From positions 1 through 41,784 of the IMG/VR virus record IMGVR_UViG_3300045988_061699: a DNA stretch of 41,784 bases. One strand, given 5' to 3'. The notes beneath the pieces are model-generated. The model did not search any database. It saw only the letters and a program-made list of their open reading frames with translations, and was not told the DNA's origin. Made by a program: the position numbers and the translations under genes. This document shows, in pieces, positions 1-8,819 of the stretch. The stretch is from a virus. Numbering within the stretch: position 1 is the stretch's first letter; every line of letters begins with the position of its first letter.

Positions 1-644
1 ACAATGTGGACTATCAGGGCACCGCCGGGAAGATTAAGAACGACAATATGGAGGATACGGCATTCAGGCGTTTCCTGACGGATGCATTCTCCAATGCGGC
101 AATGGTCATGAAGCCCGGTGCTCCGTTCTACATCTGGCATGCAGACAGCGAGGGGTATAACTTTCGCGGTGCGTGTAAAGACGCAATGCTGCGTGTACGG
201 CAGTGCCTGATCTGGGTAAAGAACTCCCTTGTGATGGGGAGACAGGATTTCCAGTGGAAACATGAGCCCTGCCTGTACGGTGAGAGCGAAATTGAAGAGG
301 ACGCGCACGAGCCTTGCCTTTATGGATGGACGGAAGGCAAGAAGCACTACTTCTTCAAGAACCGCAGACAGACAACTGTACTGAATTTCGATAAGCCTGT
401 CAAATCTGCGGAGCATCCGACCATGAAGCCGATTAAGCTGTTTGATTACCAGATGCAGTGCTCCAGTAAGCCGGGTGAGAATGTTCTCGACCTGTTTGCT
501 GGCTCGGGCACAACAATTATGGCAGCGGAGCAGAATGGCAGACACGCCTTCTGCATGGAGTATGACCCGAAGTATGCCGACGTCATTATTGATCGATGGG
601 AAAAGTTTACCGGAGAAAAGGCGGTGCTCCTGAATGACGATTAA
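1..644 (+). CDS. DNA methyltransferase (N6-adenine/N4-cytosine, DPPY type), C-terminal part of the junction-spanning ParB-like/MTase gene
   Basis: Same frame as the open frame at the window end (1-119 = 41666-41784). DPPY at 41656-41667, then FYIWH, QWKHEPCLYG and C-terminal VLDLFAGSGTT SAM-binding-like motif; stop at 642-644. The GTG start at 6 in the ORF track is a window-edge artefact. Confidence 0.85.
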   Translation, partial: NVDYQGTAGKIKNDNMEDTAFRRFLTDAFSNAAMVMKPGAPFYIWHADSEGYNFRGACKDAMLRVRQCLIWVKNSLVMGRQDFQWKHEPCLYGESEIEEDAHEPCLYGWTEGKKHYFFKNRRQTTVLNFDKPVKSAEHPTMKPIKLFDYQMQCSSKPGENVLDLFAGSGTTIMAAEQNGRHAFCMEYDPKYADVIIDRWEKFTGEKAVLLNDD

Positions 645-789
645 AGAGGCAAAGACGATTATCGCCAAGACAAACAGCCCGTACTTGAAGCGGGACATGG
701 AGAAGTTTATCAAACGCCAGCGTAGAAAGGAGGGCATTTATGGCAAGAACAGGACGCCCTCGGAAAGAAATCGATCAAAGTCTGTTTGA
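634..789 (+). CDS. possible small ORF (51 aa) overlapping MTase stop and terS start
   Basis: ATG at 634. MTIKEAKTIIAKTNSPYLKRDMEKFIKRQRRKEG reads like a real helical N-terminus, but the last ~17 codons overlap terS out of frame and the RBS is weak. Below the ORF-track size cut-off. Confidence 0.25.
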   Translation: MTIKEAKTIIAKTNSPYLKRDMEKFIKRQRRKEGIYGKNRTPSERNRSKSV

Positions 790-1123
790 GAATCTGTGTG
801 GTATCCAATGCACAGAGGCGGAGATTTGTGTAGCGTTGGAGTGTAGCGAGGACACTATAAACCGCTGGTGTAAACGGACATATGGCGCAACTTTTGCGGA
901 CACATATAAAAGCAAAAGCCAGAGGGGGAAATCCAGCCTGCGGCGGATGCAGTTTAAGCTGGCCGAAAAGAACGCAAGCATGGCGATTTGGCTCGGCAAA
1001 CAGTATCTGGGCCAGAAAGATCAAGTGGAAACTACAATCGCAGAAGGTACGGTGCAAGATGATGGGCTGAGCGCCAGCCTAAGAGAGCTTGCGAGGTCGT
1101 TAAAGAGCGATGGCGATCAGTGA
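740..1123 (+). CDS. terS: terminase small subunit
   Basis: 127 aa; AGGAGG RBS upstream. N-terminal GRPRKEID plus HTH-like segment; lies directly upstream of terL and overlaps it. Confidence 0.75.
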   Translation: MARTGRPRKEIDQSLFENLCGIQCTEAEICVALECSEDTINRWCKRTYGATFADTYKSKSQRGKSSLRRMQFKLAEKNASMAIWLGKQYLGQKDQVETTIAEGTVQDDGLSASLRELARSLKSDGDQ

Positions 1124-2333
1124 TAAGCAAAAAAAGATACTTGCGTTTCCATATAGCAATTATGACGCAATAATTTGTGATGGGGCTGTTCGCTCTGGCA
1201 AAACGTCAATCGAAACGTGGGCGTTTGTAAAATGGGCAATGGAGTGTTTTGACAATCAACGGTTTGGCATTTGTGGTAAAACCGTTGACAGCGCACAAAA
1301 AAATATCATTGTGCCGTTTATCTCCATGACGCTTGCAAAAGAATTATATACACTCAAATGGAGACGTGCCGACAAAGTACTTGAAGCTGTCAGCAGGGAC
1401 GGGAAACGCAACTATTTTGAGGTTTTTGGCGGCAAAGATGAATCCTCTTTTATGCTGATTCAGGGCCGCACATTGGCTGGCGTGCTGCTAGACGAAGTGG
1501 CTTTGATGCCGGAATCTTTTGTAAACCAAGCACTTGCAAGATGCAGCGTTGACGGGGCGAAAATATGGTTTAGTTGTAACCCAGGCAGCCCGCAACATTG
1601 GTTTTATAAAAATTGGATTATGCGTCGGGCAGAGAGAAATGCGTTATATTTGCAGTTTGCAATGACGGACAATCCAAGCCTGAGCCAAAAGACGCTTGAA
1701 CGGTACAGAAATATGTATAGCGGTGTGTTTTACGACCGCTATATTCGCGGCTTGTGGGTTGTTGCAGAGGGTCTTGTGTACCCGATGTTTGATAACGTTG
1801 TACCAACAGTGCCAAGAAAATATGACACTTACTATATCGGCATGGATTACGGCATTTTGAACCCTACTGCAATGTTGTTATTTGGGCATTGTGACGGTGT
1901 TTGGTACGTTGTAAAAGAGTTCTACCACAGCGGAAGAGAAACGAATCAGCAAAAAACTGACGCTGAATATTACGTGGATTTAAAGCAACTGGCGGGAGAT
2001 TTGACGATTAAACGATTAATTGTTGACCCGTCTGCTGCTTCTTTTATTACTCTGGTGGAAAAAGAACATAAATTCAAAATTTGGGATGCTGACAATACCG
2101 TTATTGAGGGAATCCAGCATGTGGCACAGTGTATTGCGGATAAAAAGTTACTGGTAAACGACTGCTGCAAGCGCACGATACAGGAATTTGGGCTTTACCG
2201 CTGGGACGAAACCGCCCCGGAAGATAAAGTTATCAAAGAAAATGATCATGCTATGGATGCTTTGCGGTACGTTATTCAGACGGCAGGAATTTGGAGAAAA
2301 CCTGCAACACAAACAGTAAATTGGCTGATTTAA
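1110..2333 (+). CDS. terL: terminase large subunit (PBSX/SPP1-like, headful type)
   Basis: 407 aa. Walker A-like CDGAVRSGKTS, Walker B-like VLLDEVALM, C-terminal nuclease-like HAMDALRY. Position between terS and portal. Confidence 0.9.
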   Translation: MAISDKQKKILAFPYSNYDAIICDGAVRSGKTSIETWAFVKWAMECFDNQRFGICGKTVDSAQKNIIVPFISMTLAKELYTLKWRRADKVLEAVSRDGKRNYFEVFGGKDESSFMLIQGRTLAGVLLDEVALMPESFVNQALARCSVDGAKIWFSCNPGSPQHWFYKNWIMRRAERNALYLQFAMTDNPSLSQKTLERYRNMYSGVFYDRYIRGLWVVAEGLVYPMFDNVVPTVPRKYDTYYIGMDYGILNPTAMLLFGHCDGVWYVVKEFYHSGRETNQQKTDAEYYVDLKQLAGDLTIKRLIVDPSAASFITLVEKEHKFKIWDADNTVIEGIQHVAQCIADKKLLVNDCCKRTIQEFGLYRWDETAPEDKVIKENDHAMDALRYVIQTAGIWRKPATQTVNWLI

Positions 2334-2343
2334 AGGGGCGAGT

Positions 2344-3723
2344 ATGAAGGTATACCAAAATTTAGAAAAACTTCAAAACGATGAAAGTGCCCGCCAGGAA
2401 TTTGTGAAAGAGCTTGTACAAGAGCACAAGGGCTGCGAAAGATACAGAGTAGCACGGGATGCAGAAGCATATTACGCAAAACGCAACATCACGATTCTGA
2501 ACTATCAAAAAATGCTGCGCACGGCAACTGGCGAAGCGGTAAAAGATGTGTGGTCAAGTAATTACAAGCTGACACACGGATTTTTTCGGCAGTTTGTGTT
2601 GCAGCAGGTGCAATATGTGCTTTCCAATGGCGTGACGTTTGGGAAAAGCGATACAAAGGATAAGTTGGGGACGCAGTTTGACAACCGATTGCAAGATTTA
2701 GCAAAAAAGGCTTGTGTTGACGGCGTTGCTTTTGGCTTCTGGAATTATGACCATCTGGAAGTATTTAGCTTTGCAGACACTCCAAACAGCCCAGGATTTG
2801 CCCCGCTGTATGACCAGGATACACGAGCGCTGCGGGCAGGTGTGCGGTATTGGAGCTTTGAGGATGGCACAAAGCGCTGGACGCTGTACGAGCCAGACGG
2901 TTTGACAGAGTACATCCAGCGCGATAAAGAGAAAATGATGGTTTTGCAGGAAAAGCAGCCATACAAGCGACAAATCAAGCGAACAGAAGCAGACGGCATT
3001 GTTGATGTTATAGGTGAGAATTATCCGGGTTTTCCGATTATCCCCATATATGCCAACGATTTGCAGGAATCGGAGCTAATTGGTATCCGTCCAAGCATTG
3101 ATTGCTATGACTTTATCATGTCGGGTATGGCAAATAACATAGACGAAACAAGCGCTTTTTACTGGGTGCTGAAAGGCACCGGCGGCATGGAAGATGCTGA
3201 TTTGGTGAATTTTGTCAATCGAATGAAGCAGTTGCACGCTGTTGTTCTTGATCGCGGGGTAGATGCGCAGGCAAACACTCTTGCGGTGCCCGTTGATGCC
3301 AACAAAATGCTGCTTGACTACCTGAAAGATGATATGTACGAGAACTCAATGCTCATGAATCCTGCAAAGGCACTATCTGGCAACATGACGGCCACAGCAA
3401 TTCGACTGTCGTACCAGCAGCAGGACGATAAATGCGGCGATTTTGAGTATTGCATCCGCAGCTTCATTGCAAACCTGCTAAAAATCGTTGGCGTAGAAGA
3501 TGAACCGTCTTTCAAGTGGAACCGCATTGCAAACCAGACTGAAGAGACGCAGATGGTTATGACGGCGGCAGAGTATCTTGACGATGAGGCCGTGCTTAAC
3601 CACCTGCCATGGCTGACGCCTGAAGAAGTAGAAGAGCTTTTGAATCGAAAGGCTGCCGAGGAGCTAGAACGTACAATTACTAACCAGCCGGGAGAAGGAA
3701 TGAACGGCAATGGCGAAACTTGA
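2344..3723 (+). CDS. portal protein (SPP1 gp6-like)
   Basis: 459 aa, RBS AAAGGGG. Canonical position after terL; acidic C-terminus; overall similarity by eye to Firmicute siphovirus portals. Confidence 0.85.
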   Translation: MKVYQNLEKLQNDESARQEFVKELVQEHKGCERYRVARDAEAYYAKRNITILNYQKMLRTATGEAVKDVWSSNYKLTHGFFRQFVLQQVQYVLSNGVTFGKSDTKDKLGTQFDNRLQDLAKKACVDGVAFGFWNYDHLEVFSFADTPNSPGFAPLYDQDTRALRAGVRYWSFEDGTKRWTLYEPDGLTEYIQRDKEKMMVLQEKQPYKRQIKRTEADGIVDVIGENYPGFPIIPIYANDLQESELIGIRPSIDCYDFIMSGMANNIDETSAFYWVLKGTGGMEDADLVNFVNRMKQLHAVVLDRGVDAQANTLAVPVDANKMLLDYLKDDMYENSMLMNPAKALSGNMTATAIRLSYQQQDDKCGDFEYCIRSFIANLLKIVGVEDEPSFKWNRIANQTEETQMVMTAAEYLDDEAVLNHLPWLTPEEVEELLNRKAAEELERTITNQPGEGMNGNGET

Positions 3724-5242
3724 TTATGCTCACAAAATGACAGATGCCGAGCTTTCCAAGCTGGAACAGCGCATCGCAAAGCTATACAAAGAAGCTGCTG
3801 ACGAATTGACCGACACGGTGAAAGCCTATTTTGAGCAATTCAAGAAGCGTGATGCAGCCATGAAAGAAAAGCTCGATGCAGGCGAAATCACAGAGCAGCA
3901 ATACAAGCAGTGGCGGCTTGCGCAGATAGGGCGCGGAAAGCGTTTTGAAGCCTTGCGCGATAAAGTAGCCAAGCGGTACACAAACGCGCATGAAGTGGCC
4001 GTTGCTTACGTAAACGGTGCGACACCGGGGATTTACGCCCTGAACAGAAACTATGCTGCATACACGATTGAGCAAATCAGCGACAAAGCAGATTTTACAC
4101 TGTGGGATGAGCAGACGGTGCGGAGGCTGATTGATGAGCAACCGGGCCTTATGCCGTATTATCCACCAAAACGGGCGCTGAAAAGAGGCATTGACCTCGA
4201 CTATGGCAAAAAGCAAATTACAGCCAGTATAACAAGCAGTATTTTGCAGGGTAAAAGCATATCCAGGATTGCGGATGATATGCAGCAACGCATGGAAAAC
4301 ATGAGCCGGGCAAGCGCAATCAGAACGGCGAGAACATCCGTTACAGCCGCGCAGAATGCGGGAAGAATGGACAGTTACCACGCCGCCGAAGGGATGGGCA
4401 TCAAGCTGAAAAAGGAGTGGCTGGCCACACTGGACGGCCGCACACGCCACGCCCACGCTATGCTGGATGGGCAAACGGCGGAAACAGACAAGCCGTTTCA
4501 TGTGGACGGCTATGAGATCATGTATCCCGGCGACACAAGCGCACCGGGATATCTTGTGTATAACTGCCGCTGTACGCTTATTGCGGCACTTGCCGATGCG
4601 CCAAAAACCCCGAACCCTCTACGCCGTGCACGAGACCCGGAAACGGGAAAAAGCATACTTGTCTCGGATATGACCTATGCGCAATGGGAAAGCTGGAAAA
4701 AATCAGAAAACCGATATGTATGGGACACATACCAGAAAAAGGCTAGGAACCTTTCTGCCGATCAAGAGCAATATGCAGAATACCAAAAAGTGCTTGGAAA
4801 AAACGCCCTGAGAACATTTGCACAGTTTCAAAATTTGAAGTATAACAGTGGAGACGGATGGGATTACACAAAGCAATTTGTAGCGTATAAGCGACGTGTC
4901 CCAGAAGCAACCGAAACCGATTTTCAAAAATTCCAGCAAGTTAAGGCAACAGGAGTGAAAGGCATAATTCGAGTACCACCGGAGAAAATTGATATTTCTC
5001 AGCTGGTATTTCGCGATGAACATGCTGCAAGGCATGGTTGCACAGTGGAAGAGGCACGCGGGTACGTTGATAATGCATATTGTTCCATCAGGCGAAAGCG
5101 CTGGGACAAAGTTGAAAGCATCAACTATTATTCAAAATATGGGGCGGCATATGTAGATTCTCAAACGCTGCAAATTAAAACATCCTATAGCAGAAAAGAT
5201 TACAAATCAGACACGGAAGCGATTATGGAGGTGTTTGAATGA
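3710..5242 (+). CDS. minor head protein, MuF/SPP1 gp7 family, with ~215-aa C-terminal extension
   Basis: 510 aa. MuF-domain signature ...ATLDGRTRHAHAMLDGQ...YPGDTSAPGYLVYNCRCTLIA ends near residue 292 and about 215 further residues follow. Start could also be the ATG at 3737. Confidence 0.85.
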   Translation: MAKLDYAHKMTDAELSKLEQRIAKLYKEAADELTDTVKAYFEQFKKRDAAMKEKLDAGEITEQQYKQWRLAQIGRGKRFEALRDKVAKRYTNAHEVAVAYVNGATPGIYALNRNYAAYTIEQISDKADFTLWDEQTVRRLIDEQPGLMPYYPPKRALKRGIDLDYGKKQITASITSSILQGKSISRIADDMQQRMENMSRASAIRTARTSVTAAQNAGRMDSYHAAEGMGIKLKKEWLATLDGRTRHAHAMLDGQTAETDKPFHVDGYEIMYPGDTSAPGYLVYNCRCTLIAALADAPKTPNPLRRARDPETGKSILVSDMTYAQWESWKKSENRYVWDTYQKKARNLSADQEQYAEYQKVLGKNALRTFAQFQNLKYNSGDGWDYTKQFVAYKRRVPEATETDFQKFQQVKATGVKGIIRVPPEKIDISQLVFRDEHAARHGCTVEEARGYVDNAYCSIRRKRWDKVESINYYSKYGAAYVDSQTLQIKTSYSRKDYKSDTEAIMEVFE

Positions 5243-5427
5243 ACACAGTTTATTGCCCAGTCATTGAGGGGCAGATAGACGGAGCAACGTGTATGGAAAT
5301 AGTTGACGTTGCAGACGGAATGATTAGCGAACGAATTTTGAAGGACTACAACCCGCCTATCCAGTGGAACGATAACCAATGTAAAAAGTGTCTTGAATGC
5401 AAATGGCACGCGGATTTTGATAACTAA
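5239..5427 (+). CDS. small Cys-rich protein (62 aa), unknown; possible partner of the MuF C-terminal domain
   Basis: GGAGGTG RBS and ATGA-type overlap with the MuF stop. Five Cys including CKKCLEC. Followed by a hairpin and T-run. Confidence 0.6.
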   Translation: MNTVYCPVIEGQIDGATCMEIVDVADGMISERILKDYNPPIQWNDNQCKKCLECKWHADFDN

Positions 5428-5433
5428 TGTTAG

Positions 5434-5462
5434 AACCGCTATCAACCGATGGCGGTTTTTTT
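5434..5462 (+). terminator. putative intrinsic terminator (weak to moderate)
   Basis: aaccgc (5434-5439) pairs with gcggtt (5452-5457); 12-nt loop; T7 run 5456-5462. Confidence 0.45.
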
Positions 5463-5486
5463 ATGCCCATTTTTAGGAGATGCGCC

Positions 5487-5885
5487 ATGAAAGTAACACT
5501 TGACGATCACAGCGCTGAAGTACTGTCCGCGCTTGATGCAGCCATTGCACGCAGCCTTGAAAAATGTGGGCTTGTGGGTGAGGGGTACGCAAAAAAGCTG
5601 TGCCCCGTTGATACCGGCAACCTGCGCAACAGCATCACGCACACGGTAGACCCTGGCGAAAAGGCCGCATATGTGGGCACAGACAGCGAGTATGCCATCT
5701 ATGTCGAGATGGGCACGGGCAAGTATGTGACAGGCGGTAGACCCACCCCGTGGGTTTACAAGGACGCACAAGGCAATTGGCACATGACGCACGGCCAGAG
5801 AGCAAAGCCATACATCAAGCCCGCCGTGGCAGATCACGCGCAGCAATATCAAAAAATTATCAAAAGTGAGCTGGAGGATAAATAA
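5487..5885 (+). CDS. HK97 gp10-like phage protein (head-tail joining family) in an atypical position
   Basis: Start moved to ATG 5487 (RBS AGGAGA). MKVTLDDHSAEVLSALD...DTGNLRNSITHTV...YAIYVEMGTGK resembles the HK97 gp10 family. Hairpin/T-run elements lie on both sides. Confidence 0.6.
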   Translation: MKVTLDDHSAEVLSALDAAIARSLEKCGLVGEGYAKKLCPVDTGNLRNSITHTVDPGEKAAYVGTDSEYAIYVEMGTGKYVTGGRPTPWVYKDAQGNWHMTHGQRAKPYIKPAVADHAQQYQKIIKSELEDK

Positions 5886-5903
5886 TCCTTCGGCTCTTTA
5901 TTT

Positions 5904-5931
5904 TGCAGCTGTTTAAGGCAGCTGCATTTTT
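5904..5931 (+). terminator. intrinsic terminator
   Basis: Perfect 8-bp stem tgcagctg/cagctgca (5904-5911 with 5919-5926), 7-nt loop, T5 run. Confidence 0.7.
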
Positions 5932-5942
5932 ATAAGTTTGGT

Positions 5943-5968
5943 AAAACGGCGAAGAACTGCCGTTTTTT
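5943..5968 (+). terminator. second tandem intrinsic terminator
   Basis: aaaacggc/gccgtttt 8-bp stem (5943-5950 with 5959-5966), 8-nt loop, T-run to 5968. Confidence 0.6.
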
Positions 5969-6016
5969 ATAGATTGCAAATGCCGAAGAACTGGCACCGA
6001 AGAAAAGGAGCAAAAG

Positions 6017-6646
6017 ATGGCAATTACTCGTAAACTGCTTAAAGGTATGGGCCTGACCGAAGAGCAGCAGGACACGATTATCGAGGCCCACGCCGAAACC
6101 GTCACCGGCCTGAAGGCGGACATTGACCGCTATAAGGCCGATGCGGAGAAGCTGCCCGCCGTCCAAAAGGAACTGGACGAGATCAAGGGCAAGGGCGATG
6201 ACGGCTACAAGGAAAAGTATGAGGCCGAGCACAAAGCTTTTGAGGATTACAAAACCAGCGTGGCCGCCGAAAAGGCAACCGCTGCCAAAGAAAAGGCACT
6301 GGAGACCGCCCTGAAAAAAGTCGGCATTGCCGACAAACGCTTGCAGTCTGTTGCCCGACTTTGCAAAGGCGATGGTTTGCTGGACAAGCTGGAACTGGAC
6401 GAAAAAGGCGCTATCAAGGATTCTGCCAAGCTGGAAACCAGCCTGAAAGAATCTTACAGCGACTACATCGTTACTACCAGCACGAAGGGCGCAAATACAT
6501 CGAATCCGCCCGCAGGCAATGGCGGCGCAGGCTCTATTGATGCGGCAGCATTTGCAAAAATGGGCTATGCCGACCGCTTGAAGCTCAAAAAAACTGACCC
6601 TGACCAGTACAATACACTGGTCAATGGAACCGACAAAGGAGATTAA
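6017..6646 (+). CDS. head scaffolding protein
   Basis: 209 aa; AAAGGAG RBS. Charged helical sequence (KADIDRYKADAEKLPAVQKELDEIKGK) immediately upstream of the major capsid gene. Confidence 0.75.
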   Translation: MAITRKLLKGMGLTEEQQDTIIEAHAETVTGLKADIDRYKADAEKLPAVQKELDEIKGKGDDGYKEKYEAEHKAFEDYKTSVAAEKATAAKEKALETALKKVGIADKRLQSVARLCKGDGLLDKLELDEKGAIKDSAKLETSLKESYSDYIVTTSTKGANTSNPPAGNGGAGSIDAAAFAKMGYADRLKLKKTDPDQYNTLVNGTDKGD

Positions 6647-6649
6647 CAC

Positions 6650-7648
6650 ATGGCAGATACTATTTTGACCAAACTCGCAGACCTGATTGACCCCGAAGTT
6701 ATGGCCGATATGATTTCGGCAAAGATTCCCGACAAAATCCGCGTGGCACCTTTTGCAAAGGTGGATGACACCCTTGCTGGCGTGCCCGGCGATACCATTA
6801 CTGTACCGTCTTACGGTTACATTGGTGACGCAGAGGACGTTGCAGAGGGCGTTGACGTTGACATCGACAAAATGAGCACCAAAGACAAGAAGTACAAAAT
6901 CAAGAAGGCCATGAAGGGCGTCGGCCTGACCGATGAAGCTGTGCTGTCCGGCTACGGCAACCCTGTTGGAGAAGCCAATGCGCAGCTGGCGCTTTCTATC
7001 GCTGCCAAAATCGACAACGACTGCATGGAAGCCCTGCAGGGCGCTACGCTTGTGTATGACGGCACTGCTGCCGCTATCAAGTACAGCGGCGTTGTGGACG
7101 CTATCGACGTGTTCAACGAGGAGATTAACAGCGACAAGGTGATGTTCATCAACCCCAAGCAGATGGCGACCCTGCGCAAGGATGCTGATTTTATCAGCGC
7201 TGACAAGTATCAGGCTGGCGTTGCTGTCACCGGCGAAATTGGCAAGATTGCCAACACCCGCGTTGTTGCAAGCCGCAAGGTCCCCTCTATCGAGTACGAG
7301 AAGGACAACAGCACCGGCACCATTGAGATTGTCGATGATGCTACCACCGAGACTACCGCAAAGAAGCATCTGTCTACGATTCAGCCCCATTGCGCTGATG
7401 CTCTGGTTGTCGGTGATAAGGTCAAGGCTGCTGCTACCGCCTACTACGCTTGCCCCATCGTCAAGCTGAATGAGGACAGCGAAACCGAGGACGATGTTCC
7501 CGCTCTGACCATTTATCGCAAGCGCAGCATCAACGTGGAGACCGAGCGCAAGCCGCGTAACCGTTCCACCGAGATCACCGCTGACGAGTTTTACGTTGCG
7601 GCGCTGACCAACGAAGCAAAAGTTGTGCTGGCAAAGTTCAAAAAGTAA
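6650..7648 (+). CDS. major capsid protein
   Basis: 332 aa; AAAGGAG RBS. Follows the scaffold gene. N-terminus MADTILTKLADLIDPEV... is typical of Firmicute siphovirus capsid proteins. Confidence 0.85.
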   Translation: MADTILTKLADLIDPEVMADMISAKIPDKIRVAPFAKVDDTLAGVPGDTITVPSYGYIGDAEDVAEGVDVDIDKMSTKDKKYKIKKAMKGVGLTDEAVLSGYGNPVGEANAQLALSIAAKIDNDCMEALQGATLVYDGTAAAIKYSGVVDAIDVFNEEINSDKVMFINPKQMATLRKDADFISADKYQAGVAVTGEIGKIANTRVVASRKVPSIEYEKDNSTGTIEIVDDATTETTAKKHLSTIQPHCADALVVGDKVKAAATAYYACPIVKLNEDSETEDDVPALTIYRKRSINVETERKPRNRSTEITADEFYVAALTNEAKVVLAKFKK

Positions 7649-7663
7649 TAAGGGGGCAGCGTA

Positions 7664-8089
7664 ATGCTTGAAGAATTGATGCGAGAGTGCAAGAACTGGT
7701 TTGTCGTACCGGGCGGTGTGCATTTGGGCCATTTTTTCGTCGAAAAGGGCCGCATTGCGCTGCCTTTTCTTAAAGTCGGCCAGTACTTTTGGATTGCTGG
7801 CAGCGTGTTTAACGATGGGCTGTACCAGTACGGCAGCTGTGTGCTGCAGGACGAAGAGTTCACCGGCGCGGTGTGGGCACTTGCCGTACCGGCCGAGTTT
7901 GTAAAGCTGGCCGAGGATGTGCAGGCATGGCGCGAAGCCAACGAAAAGGCGGCTCAAAGCCCCTTCCAGAGTGAGAGCTTCGGGGGGTACAGTTACACCA
8001 AAGCAAGCGGAAACACTGCACAAGGCGGCTCTGCGCTGAGTTGGCAAAGCATTTTTGCCGCGCGGCTGGAAAAGTGGAGGAAGCTATGA
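7664..8089 (+). CDS. putative head-tail connector/adaptor protein
   Basis: 141 aa; RBS AAGGGGG. Function assigned by position between the capsid and tail genes only. Confidence 0.45.
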   Translation: MLEELMRECKNWFVVPGGVHLGHFFVEKGRIALPFLKVGQYFWIAGSVFNDGLYQYGSCVLQDEEFTGAVWALAVPAEFVKLAEDVQAWREANEKAAQSPFQSESFGGYSYTKASGNTAQGGSALSWQSIFAARLEKWRKL

Positions 8090-8445
8090 GTTTGCTTGAC
8101 GATTTTGCGCGTGACTGTACGCTGCTGGACAAAACGCGCCAGCCGGACGGCGAAGGCGGTTACACAATCGCATGGACTGACGGGGCGACGTTTAAAAACT
8201 ACTTTGCGCTTGATACGAGTATGCAGGCCCGCGCCGCTGAAAAGCAGGGCGTGACAAGCGTATACTCCGGCCTTGTAGACAAAGATGTTCCCATCGAGTA
8301 CGGCGACTTTTACCGCGATAACAGCACCGGCACCACATACCGAGTGACCAGCGACCCGGAAGAGAAAAAGGCCCCTGAGAGTGCATCCGCCAGTCTGCGG
8401 CGATTGAAGTTCTTCACGGCCGAGCGAAAGGATTTACCGCAATGA
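8086..8445 (+). CDS. putative head closure / head-tail adaptor protein
   Basis: Start moved to ATG 8086 (GGAGGA RBS), overlapping the upstream stop. Size and pattern (…DGEGGYTIAWTDG…YRVTSDPEE) resemble head-tail adaptor families. Confidence 0.5.
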   Translation: MSLLDDFARDCTLLDKTRQPDGEGGYTIAWTDGATFKNYFALDTSMQARAAEKQGVTSVYSGLVDKDVPIEYGDFYRDNSTGTTYRVTSDPEEKKAPESASASLRRLKFFTAERKDLPQ

Positions 8446-8810
8446 CAAAAGGTGCAGCTCTACAGGCTTTTTTCTCCCAATTTATGGACGCATACGCCAG
8501 CAACGCGGTACCGGAGGACGTCACTTTTCCGTACTTGACATATGATGCGGTTTTTGATGCATGGGGCGGCATCCCTGTCTCAATGAGCGTCAATATGTGG
8601 TTTTACACCACCGGCGAAGCCGTCCCGAACGCCAAAGTGCAAGAGCTTTCGGAGACTTTGGGCGTCGGTGGTGCGACTATCCAGTGTGACGATGGTTACA
8701 TCTGGCTTTTACGCGGCTCCCCCTGGTGCCAGTCGCTGGCAGACGAAACAGACAGAAACATTAAACGGCGGTACATCAACGTTACCGCCGATTTTTTATG
8801 CCCAAATTGA
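8442..8810 (+). CDS. putative tail completion / neck protein
   Basis: 122 aa; ATGA overlap with the upstream gene. Function assigned by position before the major tail gene. Confidence 0.45.
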   Translation: MTKGAALQAFFSQFMDAYASNAVPEDVTFPYLTYDAVFDAWGGIPVSMSVNMWFYTTGEAVPNAKVQELSETLGVGGATIQCDDGYIWLLRGSPWCQSLADETDRNIKRRYINVTADFLCPN

Positions 8811-8819
8811 GGTGATTAA

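Noticed and set aside
1-119. Terminal repeats as the LTR or inverted repeat of a mobile element
   Set aside because: The repeat is direct, lies inside a single coding sequence, and there is no transposase. A circular-assembly overlap or terminal redundancy explains it.
261-326. T4 gene-60-style translational bypass between the duplicated HEPCLYG copies
   Set aside because: The 45 nt between the matching codons are in frame with no stop codon, so there is no need for or signature of hopping. I reported it only as a recoded duplication.
6-644. Track ORF starting with GTG at 6, read as an independent 212-aa methyltransferase gene
   Set aside because: The frame is open to base 1 and continues the open frame at 41281-41784 across the 119-bp overlap. 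The catalytic DPPY motif lies upstream of the apparent start.
5930-8047. 705-aa minus-strand ORF covering the scaffold, capsid and connector genes. Similar long antisense ORFs occur at 8796-10142, 11223-12272, 18300-19646, 29416-30342, 31465-32379, 33433-34431 and 38077-38970.
   Set aside because: Each lies exactly opposite well-supported + strand genes that have RBSs and recognisable families. Their translations are Ala/Gly/Arg/Leu/Ser-rich with no motifs. This is the usual stop-codon-poor shadow frame of GC-rich coding DNA.
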